Shown piece by piece: positions 9,567 to 19,713 of a stretch of 64,000 nucleotides of DNA (position 1 is its first letter; the number at the start of each line of letters is the position of its first letter). Source of the DNA: Abditibacteriaceae bacterium. Lineage in GTDB: Bacteria > Armatimonadota > Abditibacteriia > Abditibacteriales > Abditibacteriaceae. Position numbers and translations under genes: made by a program. Under the pieces are notes generated by a model. It worked only from the letters and a program-made list of their open reading frames with translations. It was not told where the DNA came from and did not search any database. The stretch is taken from positions 640,001-704,000 of the forward strand of contig OZ255721.1 of assembly GCA_965277285.1 (NCBI GenBank), in the 5' to 3' direction.

Positions 9567-10460
9567 TCACAATATCAATGCACTGCTTTCGCCATTTGTG
9601 TCCGCGACTTTTTCGCCGCGCAGTTCGCGCACGATTGCTAAATTGGTTTCGATCATGGTTTCGGTTTCAGGCGTTTCGAGGATGAATGGTTTGTCGCGCA
9701 AAAGCGGATGACGCAAAATCGTGCGCATCGCATCAGGGCCGATGGTTCCCAATCCAATATGTTCGTGGCGATCCAAATGTTTTCCGGTTTCGCCTTTGGA
9801 ATCGTTGAGATGAATGACCGCGAGTTTGTCCAGGCCGACGATTTGGTCGAACTCTTCAATCACAATCTGCACTTTTTCGGGCGAACCTGAGTCGTGTCCC
9901 GCCGCGTGCGCGTGACAGGTATCGAAGCAGACGCGCAGGCGTTCGGAGTTGACGGCGTCCAAGACGAAACTCAAATGCTCGAACGGGCCGCCCAGACACG
10001 TTCCCTGCGCGGCGGTGTTTTCCAGTGCGATTTTGACGCGCGCGTTCGGCGTGCTTTCGAGTACTCGATGCAGCGAAGCGACCAAGCGATTTAAGCCTTG
10101 CTCTTCACCGTCCGCGCCATCTTTTTGCAAGTGCGCGCCGCAGTGCGTGACCAGAAAATTGCAGCCCAGCAAATCGGCACGATGAACTTCGTCAATCATT
10201 GCGAGGATACTTTTTTCGCGCAAGGCTTCGTTGGGCGATGCCAGGTTGATGAGAAACGAATCGTGCACGACGAGCGGCGATAAACCCACAGCGCGCCACT
10301 CGTCGCGGAAAAGCGCGGTTTTTTCGATGTCAAGTGGTTTGGCGTTCCATTGTTGCGGCGATTTGGAAAAGATTTGCAGGCAATCGCAACTCAACGTTTG
10401 CGCGTATTTCAAAGCGTGCGAAAAACCTTTCGCGGTCGGAAGATGAGCGCCAATGGGCAT
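9567..10460 (-). CDS. nfo: Endonuclease IV
   Basis: IGAH, QIFSKSPQQW, H.S.LINLAS, LENTAAQG, CFDTCH, HLNDSK, DRHEHIG.G.IG, ILETP. Confidence 0.96.
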   Translation of the reverse strand: MPIGAHLPTAKGFSHALKYAQTLSCDCLQIFSKSPQQWNAKPLDIEKTALFRDEWRAVGLSPLVVHDSFLINLASPNEALREKSILAMIDEVHRADLLGCNFLVTHCGAHLQKDGADGEEQGLNRLVASLHRVLESTPNARVKIALENTAAQGTCLGGPFEHLSFVLDAVNSERLRVCFDTCHAHAAGHDSGSPEKVQIVIEEFDQIVGLDKLAVIHLNDSKGETGKHLDRHEHIGLGTIGPDAMRTILRHPLLRDKPFILETPETETMIETNLAIVRELRGEKVADTNGESSALIL

Positions 10461-10490
10461 AATACGATTTATTTTAGCGCAACGGCTGAA

Positions 10491-10558
10491 AGTTCTCAGC
10501 TTTCAATTTTGAGTTAGATTCACTTCAACTCAAAATTGAAAACTCAAAAATGAGAACT
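10491..10558. repeat. Inverted array of degenerate heptamers (AACTCAA-like)
   Basis: AGTTCTCAGCTTTCAATTTTGAGTT...AACTCAAAATTGAAAACTCAAAAATGAGAACT. Confidence 0.65.
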
Positions 10559-10603
10559 CTTTGTGTTACGCTCAATCGAGTACTCGAAAGGGAGAAAGCA
10601 ACT

Positions 10604-11383
10604 GTGAAACGTCATCAAATCGCCGCACAACTTTATACCGTGCGCGACCATCTGCAAACGCCCACCGACATCGCGCAATCATTGAAGAAGATTCGCGCCA
10701 TCGGCTATGAAGCTGTTCAAGTTAGCGGCATGGCGCCGATTGAAGAAGCCGAACTGATGCGCATTTTGGACGGCGAAGGCTTGACCTGCTGCGCCACGCA
10801 CGAAGCGACCAAGCTCATCGTTGAAGAACCGCAGCGAGTCGTCGAACGCTTGCAAAAGTTGAGTTGCAAATACACCGCGGTTCCGTCGCCGGGCGCTTTC
10901 GAGTTGAAGACGCGCGAACAAGTTCTCGACTATGCGAAGAAAATCGAAGCCGCGGGGAAAGTCTTGTACGACGCCGGACAAATTTTGACCTATCACAACC
11001 ATCACATCGAATTTCGTCGTATCGAAGGCGAAACCATTCTCGAGACGATTTACGCGCAAACCGACGCGCGCTATTTGCAAGGCGAAATCGATACATACTG
11101 GGTGCAAAATGGCGGCGGCGATGTTGTTGAATGGTGCGAAAAGTTGAAGAATCGCTTGCCATTAATTCATCTGAAAGATTACCGAATTACGGACGACAAC
11201 AAACCGGATTTTGCCGAAGTCGGGCAGGGCAATTTGAATTGGAACGCAATCATTCCCGCAGCGGAACAAAGCGGCTGCGAATGGTTTATTGTCGAGCAGG
11301 ACACAACGCCCGGCGATCCGTTCGACAGCTTGAAAATCAGTTTCGATTACTTGGCGGCATTGGCGCAAAGTGCCAGCGAATGA
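10604..11383 (+). CDS. Sugar phosphate isomerase/epimerase (xylose isomerase-like TIM barrel)
   Basis: AQLYTVRD, YHNH..EF, EIDTYW, HLKD, WFIVEQD; GTG start after GGGAG. Confidence 0.9.
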   Translation: MKRHQIAAQLYTVRDHLQTPTDIAQSLKKIRAIGYEAVQVSGMAPIEEAELMRILDGEGLTCCATHEATKLIVEEPQRVVERLQKLSCKYTAVPSPGAFELKTREQVLDYAKKIEAAGKVLYDAGQILTYHNHHIEFRRIEGETILETIYAQTDARYLQGEIDTYWVQNGGGDVVEWCEKLKNRLPLIHLKDYRITDDNKPDFAEVGQGNLNWNAIIPAAEQSGCEWFIVEQDTTPGDPFDSLKISFDYLAALAQSASE

Positions 11384-11485
11384 ATTCGCCGCCAGAAAAA
11401 GGTGTCGGGCTAAACTCGACACGGCTGCACTTACGTTGTGTCAGCGAAGGCTGACACCTTTTTCTGGCGGCGAATTCATTCGCTG
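11374..11485. repeat. Long inverted repeat (REP/MITE-like), 33-bp perfect arms, overlapping the upstream stop codon
   Basis: CAGCGAATGAATTCGCCGCCAGAAAAAGGTGTC ... GACACCTTTTTCTGGCGGCGAATTCATTCGCTG. Confidence 0.85.
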
Positions 11486-11491
11486 ATAACG

Positions 11492-11531
11492 AAAACAGCA
11501 CGACTTCAATGAAGAAGTCGTGCTGTTTTGT
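11492..11531. terminator. Bidirectional intrinsic terminator
   Basis: AAAACAGCACGACTTC-AATGAA-GAAGTCGTGCTGTTTT between convergent genes. Confidence 0.8.
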
Positions 11532-11544
11532 TGTTTTCCAAAGT

Positions 11545-11943
11545 TTAGTAACCGGCGCTGGAACTGGGGCAGCTTCCGCAGCCGCTGGTGGCTGGAGCGA
11601 CTTCGCCTTCCTCGCCTTCTTTGGGCGTGAACGAATGGCCGCAGCCGCAGCTCGAGGCGGCGTTCGGGTTGTCGATTTTGAAGCCGCCGCCCATCATCGT
11701 ATCGACGTAATCGACTTCGGCGCCTTGAATATACATGGCTGAGCGCGGGTCAACGATGACTTTGACGCCGTTGATCTGCGATTCCTGATCGCCTTCGAGG
11801 GCTTCATCTTCCAGGCTCATGCCATACTGAAAGCCGGAGCAACCGCCGCCCGACACGAAAACGCGCAGCATCGCGTTCGGCTTGTCCTGCTTTTCCAGCA
11901 AACCCTTGATTTCCTGCGCTGCACGATCTGTTAATGTCACCAT
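11545..11943 (-). CDS. A-type Fe-S carrier (IscA/ErpA/HesB family)
   Basis: LRVFVSGGGCSGFQY ... GFKIDNPNAASSCGCGHSF; ATG at 11943 with AGGAG. Confidence 0.93.
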   Translation of the reverse strand: MVTLTDRAAQEIKGLLEKQDKPNAMLRVFVSGGGCSGFQYGMSLEDEALEGDQESQINGVKVIVDPRSAMYIQGAEVDYVDTMMGGGFKIDNPNAASSCGCGHSFTPKEGEEGEVAPATSGCGSCPSSSAGY

Positions 11944-12108
11944 GATTTTTCTCCTATCGAGTACTCGAAATGTCGAGATTGATTTTCGTTCAAACATCGC
12001 GCATTATATGCGATGCTTTTCTCTAACGCAACTTTTTCGCCGCGCCTTGTTTTCACGTCCTTTCATACGCCGCATTTCGCACAACGTTCCAGACACGCAA
12101 TCGCAACC

Positions 12109-12888
12109 ATGATCGAATTTCTTCAATTCCCGATTCTCTCGCAAATCAACGGCTTGCAACACGCCATTACAACGCGCAGCGGCGGTTCGAGTACTCGACC
12201 TTACGAATCCTTAAATCTTGGCTATCACGTCGGCGATGATGCCAATCGCGTCCGCGAAAACCGCCAATTTGTGGCACGCGAATTAGGTTTCAATGTCGAA
12301 AATTTCGTTGCGGCGCAGCAAACGCATAGCGCTAATATTGCGGTTGTGACACCTGCAAATCGCGGATGCGGCGCGCTTGATTGGGAAAGTGCGATTCCAG
12401 AAACCGACGCTTTAGTGACCAATGAAACAAACGTTGCGCTGATGATTCTGGTCGCCGATTGCGCGCCGCTGCTTTTCGTGGACGAAACTCATCATGCGTT
12501 GGCGGTCGTTCATGCCGGTTGGCGTGGTGCGACACAAAGAATTGCATCAAAAACCGTTACGGAAATGGCGGAACGTTTCGGCACCAAAGGCGACGATTTG
12601 CGCGTTGGAATTGGCCCGACGCTTTGTCCGCAATGTTTTGAAATTGGCAATGAAGTCGCCGACATCGCACGAAATATCGCGCCGCGTTCAATTATAAAAA
12701 ATGGTGCAAAACCGCATCTCGATTTGCGCCGGTTGTTGCGCGACGATTTATGTTCGGTTCGAGTACTCGATTCGCAAATTGAAGTGATGGAACGTTGTCC
12801 GCGCTGCGCAACCGGAACGTTTTTCTCGCATCGTGGCGAAAACGGGAAAACCGGTCGTTTCGCTCTTGTCGCATGCTGGCGAAATTAA
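12109..12888 (+). CDS. pgeF: YfiH/PgeF family (laccase-like) protein
   Basis: TTR.GG.S..PY.SLNLG.HVGD, QTHS, VADCAP, HAGWRG, FFSHR. Confidence 0.92.
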   Translation: MIEFLQFPILSQINGLQHAITTRSGGSSTRPYESLNLGYHVGDDANRVRENRQFVARELGFNVENFVAAQQTHSANIAVVTPANRGCGALDWESAIPETDALVTNETNVALMILVADCAPLLFVDETHHALAVVHAGWRGATQRIASKTVTEMAERFGTKGDDLRVGIGPTLCPQCFEIGNEVADIARNIAPRSIIKNGAKPHLDLRRLLRDDLCSVRVLDSQIEVMERCPRCATGTFFSHRGENGKTGRFALVACWRN

Positions 12889-12948
12889 GCTGAAACCAGC
12901 AGTTTTTGAAGTAGAATGAATGTCGATAAAAAGTCAATGGAGAGGAAA

Positions 12949-13431
12949 ATGTTCAAGGATTTTCGGGACTTCGCGTTCAAGGGCAACGTGTTGGATTTGG
13001 CGGTTGGCGTTATTATCGGCGCCGCCTTTGGCACCATTGTCAAATCGTTGGTCGAAGACATGATTACGCCGGTGATCGGTGGCATTTTCGGCAAAGTCGA
13101 TTTGATGGACAAGTTTTTTACGCTCAACGGTTCGACGTATTCAACTCTGGCCGCCGCCAAAGCCGCCAGCGCGCCGGTCATCGGCTATGGTGCGTTTCTA
13201 ACCGCGCTCATCAATTTCTTAATTCTGGCCGCCGTGGTTTATTTTTGCATCGTGCGTCCGGCCAAGCATTTTGAGCTCGCGGGCGGCGAAAAAGTTGATC
13301 TCGCTGAAAAAAACGTGCAGCAAAACGCGCGCATCATCGAACTGCTGGAAACCATGAGCGGCACGCCCAGCCTCGCATCACAAGCCACGCCAAGTGCTGT
13401 TGCGACAACTTTTGCACCGGTCATCAAATAA
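12949..13431 (+). CDS. mscL: Large-conductance mechanosensitive channel
   Basis: FKDFRDFAFKGNVLDLAVGVIIGAAFGTIV.SLV.D.I.P, YGAFLTALINFLI. Confidence 0.95.
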   Translation: MFKDFRDFAFKGNVLDLAVGVIIGAAFGTIVKSLVEDMITPVIGGIFGKVDLMDKFFTLNGSTYSTLAAAKAASAPVIGYGAFLTALINFLILAAVVYFCIVRPAKHFELAGGEKVDLAEKNVQQNARIIELLETMSGTPSLASQATPSAVATTFAPVIK

Positions 13432-13442
13432 TACGCAGCGAG

Positions 13443-13483
13443 CGAAAAGGAGCGCATTTGATGAAAGAAATGCGCTCCTTTCG
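13443..13483. terminator. Bidirectional terminator between mscL and iscS
   Basis: AAAGGAGCGCATTT-GATGAAAG-AAATGCGCTCCTTT. Confidence 0.75.
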
Positions 13484-13500
13484 TTATTCGAGTACTCGAT

Positions 13501-14694
13501 TTATCCCGCATCGTCGGTTTGCCCGCCGACAAAAGCGGCGCGCGATTCGGGCGAAAGGGCGCGCAACGAAGCCAAAACTTTCGGCAGAAGTTCGATCAAA
13601 TCATCGACTTCTCGTTCGGTGTTGCCGCGTCCCAGCGAAAAACGCGTTCCCGCACGCGCCAGGCCAAGCGGCAGACCAATCGCCAGCAGAACCGGCGAAG
13701 GATCGAGACTTCCCGCCGCGCACGCGCTGCCCGTCGAGCAGCAGAAACCGCCGCGCGCGTCCAATTCCAAAATCAAGCCTTCGCCTTCGATGCCTTCAAA
13801 GGAAAAGTTGGCGATTCCAGGCACGCGTTCGCTGCGATTTCCATTGAGATGGGCGCCGACGTTTAATTTTTCGATGCCCGCTATCAAGCGTTCGCGCAAA
13901 GTGGTGACGTGCGCTTCTTCGCCGTTGTGAATTGCATTCATAGCCACGATTGCAGCCGCTCCCATCGCCACAATCGACGGCACGTTTTCGGTTCCCGCCC
14001 GCCGCCCGCGCTGCTGATGTCCGCCATCCACCAAAGTGTCCAGGCGAACGCCGCGACGAACATAAAGCGCGCCCGCACCTTTGGCGCCGTAAAATTTGTG
14101 CGCGCTGCACGTCAGCAAATCGACATTGAGCGCGCGAACATCAACGGGAATGTGGCCGACAGTTTGACACGCATCGCAATGAAACAAAACGTTGCGCTCG
14201 CGGCACAGCGCGCCGATTTCGGCAATCGGTTGCAGCGTTCCCAGTTCGTTATTGGCGTGCATTACGGAAACTAAAATTGTGTCCGCACGAATGGCTTGGG
14301 CGATCTTCGATTCGAGTACTCGACCGTCGTGCTCGACTTCGACATACGTCACTTCAAAGCCTTCGCGCTCCAGAGTTTGCAAAGGATGCAAGGTCGCGTC
14401 GTGTTCGATGTTGGTCGAAACGATGTGGCGTCCACGCTCGCGCAAACGGTGTGCGACACCTTTGATGGCGTGATTGTTACCTTCAGTCGCGCCGCTGTTG
14501 AAGACGATCTCCGCCGGACGCGCATTCAATAAAGAAGCGACGTGTTCGCGCGCGGTTTCCACGGCGTGTTTGGCTGACTTTCCTAAGTGATGCAGCGAAG
14601 AAGGATTGCCGAAATCTTGGCGCAAATACGGTTGCATCGCTGCAAAAGCTTCTTCACATAACGGCGTGCTGGCGGCGTGATCGAAATAAGGCAT
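13501..14694 (-). CDS. iscS: Cysteine desulfurase (IscS/NifS family)
   Basis: YFDHAASTP, FGNPSS.H, SGATEGNN, SAHKFYGAKG, CSTGSAC. Confidence 0.92.
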   Translation of the reverse strand: MPYFDHAASTPLCEEAFAAMQPYLRQDFGNPSSLHHLGKSAKHAVETAREHVASLLNARPAEIVFNSGATEGNNHAIKGVAHRLRERGRHIVSTNIEHDATLHPLQTLEREGFEVTYVEVEHDGRVLESKIAQAIRADTILVSVMHANNELGTLQPIAEIGALCRERNVLFHCDACQTVGHIPVDVRALNVDLLTCSAHKFYGAKGAGALYVRRGVRLDTLVDGGHQQRGRRAGTENVPSIVAMGAAAIVAMNAIHNGEEAHVTTLRERLIAGIEKLNVGAHLNGNRSERVPGIANFSFEGIEGEGLILELDARGGFCCSTGSACAAGSLDPSPVLLAIGLPLGLARAGTRFSLGRGNTEREVDDLIELLPKVLASLRALSPESRAAFVGGQTDDAG

Positions 14695-14885
14695 GAAGCT
14701 GATTTTAATGCATCTTCGGTGCGCGTTCGAGTACTCGAAATCGTCTTGGAGACAGAAAGAACAGAAATTGGACAAAAATTGGGCTGCTGAAAAGCGTGAA
14801 ATCTGCGGAATGTGGCGAAGTCTTTGCTAATCCCTCGTGTTCAAGGTCATTTCAAGGCCAATTCAAGAAAGAGGTTTCTGTCTTT

Positions 14886-16118
14886 ATGTTTAAACACAAG
14901 TTCATGCACAAAAAATTATCTTCTTCGTGGAAAATCGCCGGTGTTCTTTCTTTGGCAGCGGCTTCGCTGGCGCCTGCAGCGCACGCTGGTTACGACGAAA
15001 ACGTGGGACGCGACAGCGACACTTCGATGTCGACTAATTCTTCCGTTATGACGAAGTCGTCAGTCTCGTCGCGCTCTACTACAACCGTGCAGACGGTTTC
15101 CGTTTCGACAACTCAATTAACGACGATGATGTTGGGCGGTCGCACGCGTTATGTCGATCCGCAAATGAAAGCGGTTTTGATGTCGTTGATGGAATTGCAT
15201 CCAAAACCTATTGAAACTCTGACGCCGACTGAAGCGCGCAAACAGCCCGGCCCGCCGGACGCCGTGAAAAGAACGCTGAAAAAAGAAGGCCGCAGTACGG
15301 CGCCCGAAGCGGTCGGCGCGGTTATCAACACGACAGTTCCCGGCCCCGCAGGACGCATTCCGGTTCGCGTTTACAAACCGCTGGGCGTCGATTCAAACAA
15401 TCTTCCCGTTCTGGTTTATTTTCACGGCGGCGGTTTCGTGATCGCCAGCGTGCAGGCTTATGATTCTTCGTGCCGCGCTCTGGCGAACGCCGCGAAGTGC
15501 ATGGTGGTTTCGGTCGGCTATCGTTATGCGCCCGAGCATCGCTTGCCTGCCGCGCACGAAGATTGTTACGCCGCGACGCAATGGGTGATGAACCATGCCG
15601 ACCAATGGGGCGGCGACAAAAGTCGCGTGGCGGTTGGCGGCGAAAGCGCGGGCGGCAATCTGGCGACCAATATGTGCATGATGGCGCGCGACCGTGGTGG
15701 CAAAATGCCGATCTACCAGATGTTGGTTTATCCTTACGTCGATACGTCGTTTGGTTCGATAAACGCTCCGTCAGCGCGCGAAAACGCCAAGGTCATTCCG
15801 CTTAATCGCGCAATGCTGACATGGTTCAGTCGTTACGCTTTGCCCAGCGCACGTTTTGGACGAACGCATTATGCCTCGCCGTTGTTCGGCAACGTGCGCG
15901 GTTTACCAGCCGCGACAGTTGTTCAAGCTGAAATCGATCCGTTGCGTTCGCAAGGCACCGCTTATATCGCCAAACTGCGCGCTGCCGGTATTCCGGTTCG
16001 CGCTCGCCTTTATCGCGGCGTCACGCATGAGTTCTTCGGCATGGGCGCCGTCATCGACCAATCGAAAGACGCCGTGAACTTCGCCGCGCAAGGTTTGAAA
16101 GACGCGTTCAAGCGCTAA
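14886..16118 (+). CDS. Secreted alpha/beta hydrolase (HSL-family lipase/esterase)
   Basis: Signal peptide ending AAHA, S/T-rich linker, YFHGGGF, GESAGGNL, DPLR, HEFF. Confidence 0.9.
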   Translation: MFKHKFMHKKLSSSWKIAGVLSLAAASLAPAAHAGYDENVGRDSDTSMSTNSSVMTKSSVSSRSTTTVQTVSVSTTQLTTMMLGGRTRYVDPQMKAVLMSLMELHPKPIETLTPTEARKQPGPPDAVKRTLKKEGRSTAPEAVGAVINTTVPGPAGRIPVRVYKPLGVDSNNLPVLVYFHGGGFVIASVQAYDSSCRALANAAKCMVVSVGYRYAPEHRLPAAHEDCYAATQWVMNHADQWGGDKSRVAVGGESAGGNLATNMCMMARDRGGKMPIYQMLVYPYVDTSFGSINAPSARENAKVIPLNRAMLTWFSRYALPSARFGRTHYASPLFGNVRGLPAATVVQAEIDPLRSQGTAYIAKLRAAGIPVRARLYRGVTHEFFGMGAVIDQSKDAVNFAAQGLKDAFKR

Positions 16119-16128
16119 GTTATTGTCG

Positions 16129-16178
16129 CAAAACAAAAGCATCGAGTACTCGAATTGAGTACTCGATGCTTTTGTTTG
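16129..16178. terminator. Bidirectional terminator built from two tandem palindrome copies
   Basis: AAACAAAAGCATCGAGTACTC-GAATT-GAGTACTCGATGCTTTTGTTT between convergent genes. Confidence 0.8.
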
Positions 16179-16190
16179 TGCGGTTCAATT

Positions 16191-17084
16191 CTATTCTGAA
16201 GCTGTCGCGGCTTCGTGCAATTTGTGCCACAACTTCAGCAACGGAATCTGGCTTGCTCCGGCGAATTGCGCGTCGCCGCTTTCAATGACGATCCAATTGC
16301 CATCTTCTTTTTGCCCGATGTCAATGGCGACAAATGGTACTGCTAAACGCCCGCTCGCTTCCTGCGCCAAATCGAGTACTCGAACTTGTTCGTCTTTTGA
16401 CAAAGCGCGCAATTCGTCGTCGCCTTCCCAGTAATAGCCGCATTCGAGTACTCGATTGCGCAGCAGAAACACGCGATATTCGCGCCCAAGCGGAAAACCT
16501 TCGCCCGACGTTCTCGTGTGACGCAAATTCACCAGTTCGCGGACGATGACGCGGCCTCGCGTGCGCGCTTCCAAATCGAATAAATAGCCAGCCAGTTCGC
16601 GCAGTTCTTCTCTGTTTTGGGCGACGCACGCTTTCCAGCCGCGTGCTTTCCGCGATTGCACAACGCCTTTCACAAAAACTGGCAAACCGACGTGTTCAAT
16701 CGCGGTTTCGCATTCGTCCAAACGCGTTAAGATGAAACTGCGCGGCGTCAAGTCGCGCAAACGCTCATAAGCTGCATCAAACTCCTGTGCCGTTCGGTGC
16801 TGTTCTGGCGTGTTGACCAGACGAATGTTCTTCGACAAAGCGGCGTCATAAATCGCGTGGTAACGTTCAACCGTTGGAATGTAGCCGATCCAAAACGCTG
16901 TTGTCTCTCGCGCTTGAACCGGAACGTGCCACAACGCATTTGTCGCTTTTTCGCACAAAGTGAAGTCCTGCGGAATCGTGTAAATATCAAATCCCGCTAA
17001 ACGTGCGGCTTGCGTCGCAGCGCGAATGTCATCGGCGCTCGAAGAGGGCGCCAGTTGTTCGGATGCTTCGCTGAAAACGATCAT
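16191..17084 (-). CDS. ATP-grasp domain protein (DUF4343/R2K-like)
   Basis: PVFVKG..QSRK..GW, REYRVF, PFVAIDIG..EDG.WIVIE.GDAQ. Confidence 0.75.
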   Translation of the reverse strand: MIVFSEASEQLAPSSSADDIRAATQAARLAGFDIYTIPQDFTLCEKATNALWHVPVQARETTAFWIGYIPTVERYHAIYDAALSKNIRLVNTPEQHRTAQEFDAAYERLRDLTPRSFILTRLDECETAIEHVGLPVFVKGVVQSRKARGWKACVAQNREELRELAGYLFDLEARTRGRVIVRELVNLRHTRTSGEGFPLGREYRVFLLRNRVLECGYYWEGDDELRALSKDEQVRVLDLAQEASGRLAVPFVAIDIGQKEDGNWIVIESGDAQFAGASQIPLLKLWHKLHEAATASE

Positions 17085-17240
17085 TTCGAGTACTCGATGC
17101 TTTTTGTGCTACAACGTTCAAAGTTCCAACCATTCTTTTTCATCGTGTTGTTTACTGACCAATGCAATTTGTTGGAACAAAGCGTGGGAGAAACTGTGAG
17201 CGGACGCGGTACCTTATCATGTCGCTTGTCAGAACAGAGA

Positions 17241-18428
17241 TTAATGCGCGTCAAAAAACGCCAGCATTTTTTCGAGTGCGTCTGCACTGTGCATCCTCTC
17301 TCCATTTTCTAAAGACTCCTGCGCTGCCTTGGCCGCTCTTTTTCGCATTTGGTTTTCGTAAGCAGAAATAGCAGTTTGGGTATCGCCGAAATTTTCGTCG
17401 TATAAACACTGGCTCAATTCTAAAGCGTCAAGCATAGCCATGTTTGCGCCTTCTCCTGCAAAGGGCGGCATTACGTGCGCGGCATCGCCAAGCATGGTCA
17501 AGTTGGGCTGAGCTTCCCAGTTCTGATTCAAAGGCATACAATAAATCGGTCGCGCAATGAACGGCGTGGCGGCGTTTTCAAACAACTCATCCCAAACACT
17601 GCTCCAACCGGCGTATTCTTTTTTAAACCAGTCGAACACTTGTGTTTTGTCGGAAAAATCCAAGCCACTCTTGGTGGCCCAGTTTTCCTCCGTTTTGAAG
17701 CTGGCGTAAAAATTGGAATCGGTGGCGCCTTTGAGACCTCCCAACAAACACTTTGAATCTCCGTAAACCATGAGCGCTCCGCCGTCGAGCAAAGCATAAA
17801 CCTGAGGCATCGCTTTTTCAGCATCGTGAACGTTGATTTCAAGCATCGTCACGCCGGTGTAAACAGATCGGATGTTTGTGATGTAGGGGCGGATTTTGGA
17901 ATTGGAGCCGTCAGCGTCAATGACAAGGTCGGCGTAGGCCGATGAACCGTCTTTGAAATGCAGCCGCCAGCCTTCGTCTTGGGCTTCCATAGAAACACAA
18001 TAATGGTTCCACAAAACCGTTTCCGGCTGTAAGGATTCCAACAGCATACTTCTTAAGGGGTAGCGGTCTATCTCAGGACGAAAACTTTTATCGCCAAAAC
18101 CTTCGCCGGGATTGGTTTGCTGTGTCGTGAAACGTATCTCTCCCTGTTTGTTGGCTATGGTTTTTTTATCGGCGCCAGGACGATAGTTCTTCTTGAACTC
18201 ATCCACCAAATCCGCTGCGCGTAAAGCCGCCATGCCCGATTCTTCGTGCATATCAAGCGGCGAGCCTATCAAACGAGCATCTTTATTGAAATCTCGTTCA
18301 TACACTTGGACGCTTGTACCTTTCAGTTGTAACAGTCGTGCTAAGGTGAGTCCGCCGGGACCACCGCCAACAATAGCGATTTGCTTATCTTGCATCCGCT
18401 TGGCTACAACTTCATTCATAAGATCCAT
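17241..18428 (-). CDS. FAD-dependent monooxygenase, TetX-like
   Basis: IAIVGGGPGGLTLARLLQ, YERD, LDMHEESG, PEIDR..LR..LL.SL, DLVI.ADG, LGDAAHVMPPFAGEGANMAMLDAL; ATG at 18428 with AAGGAG. Confidence 0.85.
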   Translation of the reverse strand: MDLMNEVVAKRMQDKQIAIVGGGPGGLTLARLLQLKGTSVQVYERDFNKDARLIGSPLDMHEESGMAALRAADLVDEFKKNYRPGADKKTIANKQGEIRFTTQQTNPGEGFGDKSFRPEIDRYPLRSMLLESLQPETVLWNHYCVSMEAQDEGWRLHFKDGSSAYADLVIDADGSNSKIRPYITNIRSVYTGVTMLEINVHDAEKAMPQVYALLDGGALMVYGDSKCLLGGLKGATDSNFYASFKTEENWATKSGLDFSDKTQVFDWFKKEYAGWSSVWDELFENAATPFIARPIYCMPLNQNWEAQPNLTMLGDAAHVMPPFAGEGANMAMLDALELSQCLYDENFGDTQTAISAYENQMRKRAAKAAQESLENGERMHSADALEKMLAFFDAH

Positions 18429-18725
18429 AAATCTCCTTTTGGCGTATGCAGCAAAGTCTTGCGCCGCGACAGGACGGATGTTACAACGCCGAACCATATT
18501 ATAAAGAATCGTAAAATGCGCAGTAGAGTTAAAAAAGCTATTCTTGTAGTTAAAAAGAGGTTTGAATTTCAACTCGTATGATCGTATCGAGTACTCGATG
18601 GCTTTTAGTTTTCATAAATGTAACTTACATCGTCTTACAGCAAACGAGTGGGACGCAAGCCAGACACGCGCGCTTCAATGTGTAGTATAAATTTCTGGAA
18701 ACCGCGCCGTGAAAAGGCAACCCTT

Positions 18726-19682
18726 ATGGCCAACTCAACAATTATTTGGACGAATACCAATTTCCCTGAACGCGCCGCACAATTGCTGCGCGACGGCATC
18801 GGCTCCTATCAACTCGTCGATGCAACGAGCGTGCAAAACGCCGATGAGACCTTGCACCAAGCCGACATCGCGCTGGGGCAGCCCGACGCCGAAATCGTGA
18901 TGAACTCGCAGAAATTGCGTTGGGCGCATCTCACCAGCGCGGGTTATACGCGTTACGACCGCGACGATTTGAAAGCCGCGCTGAAACAACGAGGCGCGAT
19001 TTTGACTAACAGCTCGCATGTGTTCGATGAGCCTTGCGCGCAACACGTCCTTGCGATGATGCTGGCCGACGCGCGTCAGTTGTTGTGGTCGCACGAAATG
19101 CAGCGCACCAACCGCGACTGGGACGCCGAGCGACATCGCGCCAACTCGTATCTGCTGCGCGAACAAAGCGTGCTTCTGTTGGGCTACGGCGCCATCGCGC
19201 AACGATTGGTGCAACTGCTGGCGCCGTTCGAGTTGAAAATAACCGCGTTTCGGCGGCATCCAAGCGGTGATGAAGCGGTCGAAACCGTGGGAGAAGAACA
19301 TCTCGAAGCGGCTTTGTCACAGGCCGACCATGTGGTGAATATTTTGCCGGATAACGCTTCGACGCGGGATTTTATGAACGCTCAACGTTTCGGCGCGATG
19401 AAAAATGGCTCGCGTTTTTACAACATCGGGCGCGGCACGACGGTTGTGCAGGAAGAGTTGATTCGAGTACTCGAATCGGGCGCCTTGAGCCTGGCTTATC
19501 TCGATGTCACCGACCCGGAGCCGCTGCCCCCCGAACACGCGCTGTGGACGGCGCCCAATTGTTTCATCACGCCGCACACCGCCGGTGGACACGCCGATGA
19601 ACACGAGCGCCTGGTGCGTCATTTTCTGGCGAACTTGCGCGCCTGGGAAAACGGCGAGCCACTGCGCGACCGCATTGTGTGA
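18726..19682 (+). CDS. D-2-hydroxyacid dehydrogenase family protein
   Basis: LLGYGAIA, FYNIGRG, LDVTDPEPLP..H.LW..PN..ITPHTAGG. Confidence 0.92.
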   Translation: MANSTIIWTNTNFPERAAQLLRDGIGSYQLVDATSVQNADETLHQADIALGQPDAEIVMNSQKLRWAHLTSAGYTRYDRDDLKAALKQRGAILTNSSHVFDEPCAQHVLAMMLADARQLLWSHEMQRTNRDWDAERHRANSYLLREQSVLLLGYGAIAQRLVQLLAPFELKITAFRRHPSGDEAVETVGEEHLEAALSQADHVVNILPDNASTRDFMNAQRFGAMKNGSRFYNIGRGTTVVQEELIRVLESGALSLAYLDVTDPEPLPPEHALWTAPNCFITPHTAGGHADEHERLVRHFLANLRAWENGEPLRDRIV

Positions 19683-19713
19683 AGCGCCAACTATTATTTT
19701 CTCGTGAGCTACC

